Origin: Selaginella moellendorffii
Taxonomy: Eukaryota > Plantae > Lycopodiophyta
Assembly: GCF_000143415.4 (NCBI RefSeq)
Contig: NW_003314265.1
Coordinates: 2,993,181-3,057,180 of the forward strand
DNA: 64,000 nt
Direction: 5' to 3'
Positions 35,601 to 48,353 of the stretch are shown piece after piece (within the stretch, counting starts at the first letter, position 1; every line of letters begins with the position of its first letter). The notes beneath the pieces were generated by a model that was not told the origin of the DNA, ran no database searches, and was given only the letters and a program-made list of their open reading frames with translations. A program made the translations under genes and the position numbers.

Positions 35601-38600
35601 TTGTTCTAGTGTTGATGGCATTGAAGTGATGCCTTGTCATTGATATTATTAACGTTGAGATTCAAGTGAGATGAGATGTCTATCCTTAGGATTGATATTG
35701 CATTTCATTAGTCTCGATGAAAATAGTGTTGATGATTTGGCTATGGCTTTGTGTTATTGGCATTCGTGCATTTACTAGTTAACAATTGTGTTGACGTTCA
35801 AACAAGCGGAGTGGCAAGTTTGAGTTAGTTGTGTTCTAGACGAGGTTATTTAGTAGGGGTTGAGTTTTGGCTTTTCCTTGAAAAGTGATTTAATCATAGA
35901 CTATGCTAACTCTACAAATGGGAGAGTTAGTGATCGATATTGGAATATTTGAATCCTTATGGGATTTTAGTTGAAATATATCGATCATTGATGATTCTTT
36001 TTGTGTGTAAGGAACCAACTCGCCGAGGTGTCGTAGGCTAAAGGAACCCCGAAAGAATGACCAAAATGACAAAGAGTTCATCAGATGGGACCAAGTCGAA
36101 GATCGAGTCCAAGACTGACTCTAGGACCGAGTTCGAGATAGAGTCCGGAATCGAGTCCAAGACCGACTCGGGGACCGAGTTCGAGTCCGAGTTCGAGACC
36201 GAGTTCGAGACGGAGTCTGAGATCCGAAATCGGGTCCGAGACCGAGTCCGAGGTCGAGTCCGAGGTCAGGTCCGAGATCGGGTCCGAGATCGAGTCCGAG
36301 ATCGAGTCCGAGACCGAATCCGAAGTCGGATCCGAAATCGGGTCTGAGATCGAGCTAGAGACTAAGTCCAAATACTAATACGGGTCAAGGGGTGAAAGCC
36401 CAAAGTGTGCGTCTCCCAGGGGGGGGGGGGGGGGGGGGGGGGCTCCCGGGGGTTCCAAAAATATATGAGGGATAGGGGGGCCCCGGAACCCTTTTTGAAG
36501 GGACTCTCCCGGGGGGCCCCCAAACTGACTTGAGGTTGGGACTGGGACCGAGGGGCCTTGGGTGGGAGTGAGCATGGACTTGGTTGGTGCCGGAGAGGCC
36601 ATCCAAGGAAGTGCTCAAGAGCAGCTCCCACTCCCGAAAGGGAAACCGATTGCGGTGCTCCCGGCTCATGTGGAGTGGTGCCCCACTTGAGTACCATGCG
36701 GGCTCATTGGTCCTCGCCCTTCCTAGGGGCTTGGCCCTTCTTTCGGGATGGAAGTGGGGGGCGAGAGGTACCCATACCGGGCCGCTAGCCCACGGTGTTT
36801 TGCCCGGGCGTCCGGAAGCAAGTGTTGCACTCAAGACTTGGGATTTAGAGGGTCCCATGATCAAGTCTTGTGGTACCAAAGGATGTTAGGAACCTGGAAG
36901 CTTGGTGTGCTTGGCTGCTTATGCTTGCGGGGAGTGTAGCCGAACCTTAAGTCCAGTCTAACCCGGGGAGGGGGATTGGGAGTGATTCGGGAATCCGTGG
37001 ATGGATGGCTAACACTCCGTTGCTCGTGCAGTGAGTAGCTGAGACCAAGTAAGAGCTGGTACCATAGGCGAGAACCTTGGCAAGGGAACTTAGCAAAAGC
37101 CAAGGCGGTGTTGGACGGATAGACGAGGTAAGCTGGCAAATTGGAAAGGAAAAATTTGTGGCTTACAATTTGGTATCGGAGCCTTTATCTCAGTTCTAGC
37201 GAAGGATAGAGGTGGATTGCTGGGAGATGGCAAGGGCAGGGCGTAAGCAAACCCAGGCGGAGACGGAACCTCCGCCAGAGCTGGAGCCTCCGGTCGAACA
37301 AGAGGCTATGGATGAGGAATCCTTGCATGAGGAGGACTCTAGTGAGGAAACTTCCAAACAGGAGTCCGGTGGCGAGGTTCGGTCGTCCAAGGCTCGATTG
37401 GACATGCTAGAAGGACAGTTGGCACAGACCAATGCCCTGCTGGAAACTCTCGTACGCAAGCTAAAGCGTGACGAGAGGCGGAAGAAAAAGAAAAAGACTG
37501 CGGATGCTGGCAGCGCAGAAGGTGCGGATCTTTCGGCCGGGACTGAGGCAAAACCAGACAAGGTCGAACAGACCGAAGTAGAATCAGTCCTTTAGGCAGT
37601 TCCCAAGTACAAACCAAAGCCCCCACCGGTCTTCAAGGGAGTGAACGACTATAAAGTGGTGGAGGATTGGTTTTACGATATGGAGGACTACTTCCGAGCA
37701 TTGCGATTACCGAGCTCGGAGAAGGTCCCATGTGCAAAACCATACTTGGCAGATAATGCCAAGTCTTGGTGGAGAACGACAGAGGCCAACGAAGGACCAG
37801 TGGCCACTTGGGACATGATGAAGGCGAGGATCCGCGCAACATACGTTCCTCCGAATGCCACTCTGCATCTGAGAGATGAGCTGAGTAGGCTGAAGCAGAC
37901 TAGAACCATCCAGGAATATGTGAATGGGTTCATGGCAAAGAGGATACTTGTCATGGACATGGGGGATATGGATGCGTTCCATGCCTTCATATCAGGTTTG
38001 CAAACCTGGGCTCGCGGTGAGGTGATGCGGTGGAACCCGACCAACTACAAGGAAGCGTTGGATGCGGCCATCAAGGTGCATTTCAACGATAACCTGCGAA
38101 AGGGGAACACGACGGGGTCGGGATCCACATTTAGCAAAGGGGCCAAACCAAGGGGAACGTATAGCAAGGGGAAATTCAAAAAGAGTTTCTCTAAGAATGA
38201 GTCCTCGGGGTTCCGGAAAGGCAAATCCGGTGGCCAGCGAGCGAGTACGTGGGGGAGTCAAGCGAAAAAAGACAAACCCACGGATAAGAAGGTCAAGTCG
38301 TATAGCAGCGTGGGAAACAACGTATGCTACAACTACGGCGAAGCGGGACACTTCTCGAGGGAATGTCCCTACCCGAAGAAGGCCAGAGCCAATATGGCCA
38401 TCAAGTCGGGTGAAGTCCAAACTGAGGTATGTGATCCAGTCCCTAACTCAAAGTTACTCATTACACGAGCAACTTTGGTAGAGAGTCGTTCGCGACATCT
38501 ACTAGCCCTCTGAGGGAAGCTCGGAGGTAGCTTTGTTAAGATCCTTATTGACACGGGTGCTTCGGATAATTTTGTGGCTGCAGACATAGTTCGGCAAGCC

Positions 38601-41100
38601 GGACTAACGGTGCAGCGGCTAGGCGAACCAAGGACTATAGAGTTTGTTCAGGGTAGCCAAAGCACCGATGAGGTACTTCGACAAGCGAGAGTCGAAGTGG
38701 GGACATGGAAAGTGGACATGGATTTCACTGTCTTGGACATGGCGGGATTTGACGTGATCTTCGGAATGGATTGGTTTAATCGGTTCGTGGTAGCCCTGCA
38801 TGGACAAGGTAGGAACCTTGTGGTATTGGCGAATGCCCAAGGAAGAAGATCTAGGGTGGAGGCCCAGGATCTAAAGGTAGGGCAAAGCAAGGCCAAAGAG
38901 TCATGCTTAAACCTAGTGTCCACGAGAGGACAACTCACTAAAGGAACTAAGGCAGCCTTTTTGTGCTTACTCTCGGTGAAGAGTGACAAAAAGACAAGAA
39001 CGGAAGAAGTACCTTTAGTGATCTAGCAGGTGTTGGACCAATTCCAGGATACCATGCCGGAGGAGCTACCGGCGGGGTTGCCCCCCGCACGACTGATAGA
39101 ACATAAGATTGAGCTGGTCGAGGGTGCTGAGGCGGTGGTTCGTCCACCCTATCGATTGAACGAAAAAGAACTCAAGGAGCTCAAAAGCCAACTAAAGGAG
39201 TTGGTGGACAAAAGGTATGTTAGGTTGAGCAAATCACCGTATGGGGCGCCGGTGCTATTTGTGAAAAAGAAAGATGGATCTATGCGCATGTGCATAGATT
39301 ACCGGTTGCTCAACAAGTATACCAAGAAGAACAAGTACCCTTTGCCAAGGATCGAGGACCTGTTCGATAGGTTGGGAAAGGCAAAATACTTCTCGAGGAT
39401 TGACCTAAGGTCAGGATACTACCAGATCAGGGTAGCTGAGGAAGATGTCGAGAAGACAACCTGTCGAACGAGGTATGGGAGCTTTGAGTTTCTGGTGATG
39501 CCCTTTGGGCTGTGCAATGCGCTGGCAACGTTTTCGGCGTTGATGAACCACATCTTTGTACCCTATCTGGATCACTTCGTGGTCGTCTATATCGACGATA
39601 TCCTGATCTATAGCGAGACGCTAGAGGAGCATGCCGAACACTTGGCGAAGGTGTTTGAGAAACTAAGGGAACACAAACTGTATGCTAAAGAGAGCAAATG
39701 TGACTTTGCTCAACAAGAGGTAAAGTTTCTCGGGCATGTGGTGGGCCAGGACGGGCTCAAGGTGGACCCGGAGAAGGTCCAAGCGATCCAGGAATGGGAG
39801 CGGCCTTCGAATGTACATGAGTTGAGGGCGTTCTTGGGGCTATGCAACTACTATCGAAAGTTTATCAGACACTATTCGAGAGTAGCCCTACCCTTAACGG
39901 ACCAAACAGGAAAAGGGAAGATGGTATGGACAGCGGAATGCGAGGCGGCATTCGTCCACCTCAAAGGGAAGTTGAGGAAGGCTCCGGTGTTGGCATTACC
40001 AGATTTTGGTAAGGACTTTGAGGTAGACACGGATGCTTCGGACTTTGCGTTGGGCGCAGTTTTGAAGCAAGACAACCATCCAGTAGCGTTCTTCTCGAAG
40101 AATTTGGACAAGGCTCAAAGGAAGTGGCCTGCCCACGAGAAGGAATTGTTTGCGGTGGTCAAGGCGCTCAAGGAGTGGCGACACTACCTTGGGAGACACT
40201 TCAAGGTTTACACGGATAATGTGGCAACGAAACACTTCTTGTCACAGCCCGACCTGAGAGGGAAACAAGGTCGGTGGGCCAATGCCTTGGCCGAGTTTGA
40301 CTGCGAGATTCTGTACAAGCCTGGGAAGAGCAACATCGTGGCAGATGCGCTAAGTCGAAAAGCAAGCTTGAGGTTGGCGATATCCAGCGCAACAGCAACC
40401 TTCTGGGACGATATGCGGACAGCATATGAGAACGATGGTCTAGCACAAGAAGTGTTGTTGAGGAATCTGGAGGCGCGGGAAGCTCACCAGAGAGGTGAGC
40501 TGCCAACAGAAGAGAAAACGGGCTATGCGGAACGCAACAGACTCATTTATTACAAGCAAACGAGGGTATATGTTCCAGAAGGGGGACTAAGGAAGGTAGC
40601 CTTAGAAGAGTGTCATGACGGACCTCTTGCGGGACACGGCGGAGTGCCCAAGACGATGGGCTTACTCAAGAGGAAGTACCATTGGCCAGATATGGCTAAG
40701 GACGTCCAAGACTATGTAAAGACATGTCCAACATGTCAGCAAGTCAAAGCTGTGACTAAGGCTAGTGGGGGCTTGTTGCAAAGCATCCCAATTCCAGATC
40801 GTCCGTGGAAATGTCTTACGATGGACTTCATCACGGGACTACCCCCAAGCGAGGGGTTCGATGCGATATTCATGGTGGTGGATCGATTTTCGAAGATGGC
40901 ACATTTCATACCCACCACAACGGAAGTGGATGCGGAAGGTGTGGCGAAGCTGTTCTTTGAACAAGTGGTTAGAGTGTGGGGAAGGCCAGAAGAGATTATC
41001 TCAGATCGAGATAAGATCTTCACTAGTAGGTTCTGGAGGACCCTCCTGGAACAGTATCGCACCAAGTTGAAATTCAGCACAGCCTATCACCCACAGACAG

Positions 41101-41147
41101 GTATGGGGTATTAAGTCAAGTTTGGTGGTCCTAACACTTCTTGACAG
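41101..41147 (+). other. Spliceosomal-type intron inside the integrase core
   Basis: GTATGG...CTAAC..TTCTTGACAG, 47 nt. Removal restores HPQTDGQTERVN. Confidence 0.8.
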
Positions 41148-41565
41148 ACGGACAAACGGAAAGGGTGAATAGGCAGCTGGAGGATTATTTGCGATGCTAT
41201 GTCTCGGGAGACCAGACCGATTGGGTAAGTCATTTGGGACTTGCGGAAATGTGTTATAACAACTCACCACATTCGAGTATCGGGGTGAGTCCATGGGAAG
41301 TCATCAATGGGCGAGCTATTGAAGGTCCTGTGGAACTCGGCGTGGCCGAGTATTATGGAGAGTTACCCGCAGTGGAGGCATTCACGGCGGAAAGACTCAA
41401 CATTTGGAATCTAGTGAGGGATTCCTTGGAACGGGCTCAACAAAGGCAAACCAAGTACGCGAACCTAAAGCACCGGGATGTAGAGTTCCAAGCTAGGGAG
41501 AAGGTGTGGCTGAACACCAAGAACCTCAGGCTACCAAGTGGGATCAGCTGAAAGTTGACCCAAAG

Positions 41566-41617
41566 GTAAAAATGCATGTATTCCTGTAAATGAATTGATC
41601 TTGAGTTCCTTAAGCAG
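41566..41617 (+). other. Spliceosomal-type intron inside the integrase GPY/F region
   Basis: GTAAAA...TAAGCAG, 52 nt. Removal restores KLTQRFAGPYEI. Confidence 0.78.
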
Positions 41618-44600
41618 GTTCGCGGGGCCTTACGAGATTGAGGCACGAATCGGTAAAGTGGCTTACCGACTCCGACTTCCTTGAGAGATGGGGAAGATGC
41701 ACCCAGTGTTCCATGTGAACTTACTCAAGCCGTACTTTGAGGATCCGCTTCGCAAGGACCAAGTAAGACCTTTACTTGAGGTTATCCAAGGGGAAGAGGA
41801 ATACGAAGTCGAGGCCATCCTCAATGCGCGCAAGAGCAAGCGACAAGGACGCGAGGTGAGAGAGTTCCATGTGAAGTGGAAAGGATTTCCACACTGCGAA
41901 GCAACATGGGAACCGGAGGAGAACCTAGCGAACGCGTGAGATCTAGTGGAGGAATTTCTGCAAGGCAGAACTCTATGTACTTATGCAAAGTTCAATTAAA
42001 AATATCAATTTGCAAAGTTGAGCAAGTGGCATATATTGGGACCCGAAGGCGCGCCGAAGGTGAGCTAATTAGCATGGGTTAGCTAGGTCGACCAGGCATA
42101 GGGAGCTACGCCCGACTCCCTGCGGGGATGTCGAATCCGTAGACGTATTCTACGGAGGTTGGGTTCGAGTCCCAACCCCCTAGTAAAGCAAGGCTGGGTT
42201 CAAGTCCCGACCCCATACTAGGGCGTGGTGAGGGGAGGAGTATAGGGACACCTATATTCCGTTGTCATGGGCTCTTGGCCAGGGAGGCTAACTTAGGCAC
42301 ACCGCTAAGTGGGGGGATGCCCCCAGAGACATGGTCAACAAGTCGTAGGATAAAACGAGACGTTCGATGTGGGCATCGAACTTCTTCTATGGGTGGTGGA
42401 GTTGTAAGGAACCAACTCGCCGAGGTGTCGTAGGCTAAAGGAACCCCGAAAGAATGACCAAAATGACAAAGAGTTCATCGGATGGGACCAAGTCGAAGAT
42501 CGAGTCCAAGACTGACTCTAGGACCGAGTTCGAGATAGAGTCCGGAATCGAGTCCAAGACCGACTCGGGGACCGAGTTCGAGTCCGAGTTCGAGACCGAG
42601 TTCGAGACGGAGTCTGAGATCCGAAATCGGGTCCGAGACCGAGTCCGAGGTCGAGTCCGAGGTCGGGTCCGAGATCGGGTCCGAGATCGAGTCCGAGATC
42701 GAGTCCGAGACCGAATCCGAAGTCAGATCCGAAATCGGGTCCGAGATCGAGCCAGAGACTAAGTCCAAATACTAATACGGGTCAAGGGGTGAAAGCCTAA
42801 AGCGTGCGTCTCCCAGGCGGGGGGGGCTGCAGGGGGTTCCAAAAGTATAGTAGGGATAGTGAGGTACAGGAACCAGTTTAGAAGGGACTCTCCAGTGGGG
42901 CTCCCAAACTGACTTGAGGTTGGGATTGGGACCGAGGGGCCTTGGGTGGGAGTGAGCATGGACTTGGTTGGTGCCAAAGGGGCCATCCAAGGAAGTGCTC
43001 AAGAGCAGCTCCCACTCCCGAAAGGGAAACCGATTGCGGTGCTCCCGGCTAATGTGGAGTGGTGCCCCACTTGAGTACCATGCGGCTCATTGGTCCTCGC
43101 CCTTCCTAGGGGCTTGGGCCTTCCTTCGGGATGGAAGTGGGGGGCGAGAGGTACCCATACCGGGCCACTAGGCCACGGTGTTTCGCCCCGGCGTCCCGAA
43201 GCAAGTGTTGCACTCAAGACTTGGGATTTAGAGGGTCCCATGATCAAGTCTTGTGGTACCAAAGGATGTTAGGAACCTGGAAGCTTGGTGTGCTTGGCTG
43301 CTTGTGCTTGCGGGGAGTGTAGCCGAACCTTAAGTCCAGTCTAACCCGGGGAGGGGGATTGGGAGTGATTTGGGAATCCGTGGATGGATGGCTAATACTC
43401 CGTTGCTCGTGCAGTGAGTAGCTGAGACCAAGTAGGAGCTAGTACCATAGGCGAGAACCTTGGCAAGGGAACTTAGCAAAAGCCAAGGCGGTGTTGGACG
43501 GATAGACGAGGTAAGCTGGCAAATTGGAAAGGAAAAATTTGTGGCTTACATTGTGCTTGTTATGAAGTGAGTTACGTCTCGCTATGGATGGATTCATGGA
43601 GGATCATTTGGTGATCACTTGTCCAACATAGCTTCGTTATGCTTAGCTTTTGGATTGATGTAGACATGCTCTTCATTAGCTTTGCATTATGAAGTTTAGC
43701 TTATGGATGTGTTGAGGAGGATATTGTGGGTTGTACTATAATTTCTTCTTTAGCATTGAAGTTAGTTCATGCGAGACTTGTGATCATTGTTAGGAAAGAC
43801 TTAGCTATAGACTTCTTCGAGCTTTTGGTTCTTTGAGTTTTATGCTCGTTGTTCCATTTGTTAGAAGTCGTTGGGGAAGGCATTTTGGCTTGTTAGCTTC
43901 GATGAAGTTAGTATTTGCATCTGGCAATCATTGGTGATGATTAATTATCATCTAAGATAGTTGATTATCCTTGTCAAGGGTTTTGCTTGGTTGTTGTTGA
44001 TATAGAATGATTCGCTGCTCTTTGAGATAGTGGATTCTTTCTTAGACGATGATTATGCGTCTTTTTATTGATGGGATGATTAATCTTTCGTGATAGTTAG
44101 TTATTCTCTTTGATAGCTTTTGGCTTTTCGCAATATCACATGTTCTTTGTGATTTGCTCTGGATTGGTCTCTTGGGATTGAGACATCTATAGGATGTTGC
44201 TGATGCTTGTTTGAGCAACTCTAGTTCCTTGGTATTGTTGACCAGGATCTATTCAGATTGACTTTTATGATAGTTGGCATGAATGGGTGTTTGTTGGTCT
44301 TACCGCATTCATTCTGTTCTGTTGATTATTGCTTGAGTTAGTTCTGATAGGTTGGGATGTTATTTCCTTCGGGTGATACATTCGCGAGCATTGTGCTTGT
44401 TAGTCAATAATACTTTATGTCCTTTGAGTTATCTCTAGTAAGTTGTTGGCTTACTGTCTACTATCTTCGGTAGTTAAGTTTCATCATTGAGTTTACTTGA
44501 TGATATACTTGCTATTGAATTTTGTTGGATGGTGAATCCTATGTTTACCAATTTTGATGATCTTGGTGGTTCCTGCACTTTTATACTGGTTTATCGGATG

Positions 44601-46585
44601 ATAACTTTTTTGGAATACTTTTGTGTTCTAATCTAAGATATATTCACTGATAATTAAGTCTCTAAGATATCATTGTTTATGACTTTGATATTGTCCATCT
44701 ATTGATCTTTGAGTTTGGGCCAGTATAGGCAGACTGGCTTCGGCACTTCGTGTGCATAGTGAAATCTCTAGTCATGGGGTAGCTACTGTCGACTGGTCAC
44801 ATAACCCGCCTCTCTGTCGATGTTCCTTATTCCGTTAAAAGGGCGTGACCGTGTAAACAACTCTAACTGCCTGTTTACAGTAGTCTATCTAAACCTTACA
44901 AAAGGGTTTGGTTTCTTTGCTTAGGAGGGTTGGGGCCTCTGGCTTCTCTCTCTATGTTCCTGCGGGCAGGGGCATATCACACTTTTGTAAGCTGGGTGAC
45001 TCCCAGAGCAGCAAGGGTGGTTGACTCCATTGGTCATTTCCTTCTCGGCGACGGCCGGAAGGTGTCTGAGCTGGTAGCGCTACCGCGTTAGACAAAGAGG
45101 TTACCCTTAACTCATTTAAGTTGGTGCATTTCTCACATAGTGTGAGTACCGTGAACTTTTTCTGGAGTTGTTTCCTTGGCGGTATTCTAGACTCGAGTAT
45201 GCATCGACGAGGACGTTTTTTTTTCCCTAGGGGGGAAGAGTGTCGCGCATGTGACTTCAGGTATCGAAAGTTACCTGTCAGCTAGTCCTTACGGACACTC
45301 TTACCTTACTGCCACGATGGCAGGAGGTCGGTATTGCTGGACCTGTTATTAATCTCCGCCTAAGCTAGTTGAGAAACTGGTCATCACATGTGCACTTAGA
45401 CCGGAAGGGCACTAAGGAAGGAAATCCTAAGTTGTCATTTAGTCAAGCAGACTTGACACGGTGATGAGAAACTCATGATGTTGGCTTGCACTTGCTAGTG
45501 TTGGGAACCCCCGCGATATTGAGATTGGTCCCTCAATATCACTAGATGATAGTTTACCGTGTCTGCCAAACACCCTCGCTATCATGCCCTTTGTGTTGGT
45601 CTCATTTCGGTCCCAAATGCTATTTATGGAAAGCGTCCAGATTTGCTCATTTGGCATATCTACGGAATGTAGAGATCGTCCTGAACACAATGGTGTTCGT
45701 CCCATGTCCAAATTCGCAATCTAAGGACATTCCATATTTAGTAAGTTTCAAGCTTGTTCTAGAGACTAACTCCTGATACTAAGGGAGGCTTGGGGTGAAA
45801 GCCCAAAGCGTGTGTTCCTCAACGGGGGGGGGCTATGGGGGGTTCCAAATGTATAGTAGGGATAGTGGGTAGGTCGGGCATGGCCGACCAACCTGAGGCA
45901 TAGTCTAGCTCCTGCTTGCATGCCTGTCCTTGTTCTGCGTCCGGCTTGGGCCTAAGCCCAAGTTCCATTCCATGCTAGCTGGTGGAGTACCCATGTCCTC
46001 GCGTTAGGCCACCGGTATGCTAAAATAGTGCCAGACTCTGTTTGGCTCCGTTTTGCGTGCTGGTCCTGGCATTGGGATGCTGGTTGCTCCAGGACTGTTC
46101 CAAGTCGCTCCAGGCTCCTGTTCCTTCGCTCCTTGGGCTGTATGCTCAGGAGTTGCTCCATGGTTTGGTTTCGTCACTCCTTGGCTCCATGCTTGGGAGT
46201 TTGGCACCGTTCCTTTGTTCAATGGCCCAAGGCCCTGAACCTCGGGTTCTTATGGACACGTGGCATGGACACATGGCATGTGACACGTGGCATCTGTCAC
46301 GTGGCACAAAGAGGGTTTAGGTTCCGCTTCGTGGTGTTATCCTATGGTAAATCACCATAGGATAAAGGGTCAAAACCACGTGCGCTACAAGTTCCCCCGG
46401 AAGATCAAATGATCAATGCTCCCAGTCCAAGTGTGGGTAGCACTACCTACTTGGATACCTAGTATGGCTCAACGGAACCTCACTTTAAGCCAATGGCTAA
46501 AGCACCCAAAGGTGGAAGATGGGGAGAGTACCCATGAGGTTCGCGTAGTTCCGAAATGTTCCGAAATATTGTCCCAAATGCCCAG

Positions 46586-48353
46586 TGTAAGCGACTAATT
46601 TTTCCATTTTACTTTAGTCACTTAACCGCACATCCGACCACTTGGAGGAGTCTCACTCACAACCTCCGTAAGTCCTATTTTGGACTTAGGCTTACTAGCC
46701 CCGAGAATGGCATCCTCGCCACTCAACCTATGCACTTGGTCCAAGTGCTCCACGTGTCCGATCCCATGATCGACACCCCAAGGTACCACCAACATATTAG
46801 CCTGTTATGCTAGGGCCATGTCCATTCACCTTGGTCACAACAATGGTCTGACACCACCTGCATCCCAGTCCCGTCACTCAAAGACTGGGCCATCCATCCA
46901 CGAGTGATCATCCCAGATCCACTCCTTAGCATCCTTAGGATGCCCACAGACATGGGGATTAGCCTTCCCCAATATCTTTGTTCCAGTCCCCACCAAGTCC
47001 CTTTTCGTCCTTAGCCGTGCTCGCCAACACTACCACTGGATCAAGGCCCACGGGCCTGACCACTAAGTCCCACTGTCTTCTAGGACTTCCTCCCTGTGTG
47101 ACCGTGTCCTTGGTCACCACACCAAAGGACTACTCCTCTTCCTTTCCACAGTCTGGGACTTTGGGACAACATTTCGGAACACCGTGGCCCTACGCGGGCC
47201 TCATGGGTACTCTCCCTGCCTTTCGCCTTTAGGTGCTCTAGCCATGGGCTTAGAGCGAGGTTCCATTGAGCCACACCAGGTATCCAAGTAGGTAGTGCCA
47301 CCCACACTTGGACTGGGAGCATCGGCCAGACGATCTCCCGGGGGAACTAGAGCCGGCTCTTGAACACTTCACCAAGCTACCCCGCTTGACGGTTTGTGTT
47401 CACTTTAGTCTTGGACTTCCCAGTGGGCAGCTCATCACCCAACACTGGGTCCGGCCTTCCTAGGCCAAACTGGCATTTCCTGGCCAAACTGGCTCCACTG
47501 CAGTCCTCCCCCTACTATACTTTTGGAGCTCACCAAACCCCCCAGGGTCTGGGAGACGAACGCTTTGGGCTTTCACCCTCTCAGACTTGAACTCAGACTC
47601 GGCCTCGGACTCGGACTCGGACTCGGACTCGGACTCGGACTCGGACTCGGACTCGGATTCGGACTTGGACTCGGACTCGGCCTCGGCCTCGGTCTCGGTC
47701 TCGGTCCCGATCTCGGTCTCGGTCCCGGTCTCGGTCTTGGTCCCGGTCTCGACTTCGGACTCCATCTTGGGTCCATCTCGGACTCCATCTCGGGTCCACC
47801 TCGGACTCCATCTCGGACTCCACCTCGGACTCCATCTCGGGTCCTTCTCGGACTCCATCTCGGACTCCATCTCGGGTCCATCTCGGGTCCCATCTCGGGT
47901 CCATCTCGGGTCCATCTCGGACTCCATCTCGGACTCCATCTCGAACTCCATCTTGGGTCCAGCTCGGACTCCATCTCGGACTCCATCTCGGGTCCATCTC
48001 GGACTCCATCTCGGACTCCATCTCAGGTCCATCTCGGGTCCACCTCAGACTCCACCTTGGACTCCATCTTGGGGTCCTTCTCGGACTCCACTTCGGACTC
48101 CAACTGGGGTCCATCTCGGACACTTCCACGTGTCATGTGTTGGTCCTTTTGGGTCCCTTTTTTGGAGCCTCACTTATTGCTTGCTTTGTGCTTGTTCCTC
48201 GAGCACTTCGTTGGGAGTTCCACTCCCGCTCTTGACCTTTCAAGGCGGAGCTTTTAGTCCAAACGTGTTGCGCTCGTTTGGCTTTCACTTCGGCCACTAC
48301 CACGTGGCGCCCTTCCGGCTCCACTTTGGGGCCTAGGGATTTTGTGTCTCACA
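46586..48353 (-). mobile_element. Family-B solo LTR inserted into a family-B LTR
   Basis: TGTAAGCGAC...TGTGTCTCACA with 5-bp TSD CCCAG. Confidence 0.93.

Larger units (their letters stand above)
37227..41965 (+). pseudogene. gag-pol (Gag, zinc knuckle, protease, RT, RNase H, integrase, chromodomain) with premature stops
   Basis: Motifs [96 protein letters not shown]. Stops at 37593, 38511, 39024, 41549, 41682 and 41937. Confidence 0.93.
36006..43550 (+). mobile_element. Full-length Ty3/Gypsy chromovirus (family C)
   Basis: LTRs 36006-37167 and 42403-43550 (TGTAAGG..CTTACA), TSD TTGTG, PBS TGGTATCGGAGCC at 37171-37183, PPT at ~42391-42402. Confidence 0.96.
17842..46389 (+). mobile_element. 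Complete family-A non-autonomous LTR element (LARD-like) carrying nested insertions
   Basis: 5' LTR 17842-18993 and 3' LTR 45241-46389 (TG..CA). Met-i PBS TGGTATCAGAG at ~18996; PPT at ~45229-45240; 5-bp TSD AGTTC (17837-17841 / 46390-46394). The internal region lacks long ORFs. Confidence 0.93.

Noticed and set aside
36410-36600. Local divergence between the 5' and 3' LTR of family C, suggesting gene conversion
   Set aside because: Differences start at a ~24-G run and are mostly homopolymer-extending changes, typical of read errors after a homopolymer.
42126-42216. Functional tRNA gene
   Set aside because: Only 3'-half-like arms; no convincing acceptor stem or D-arm.
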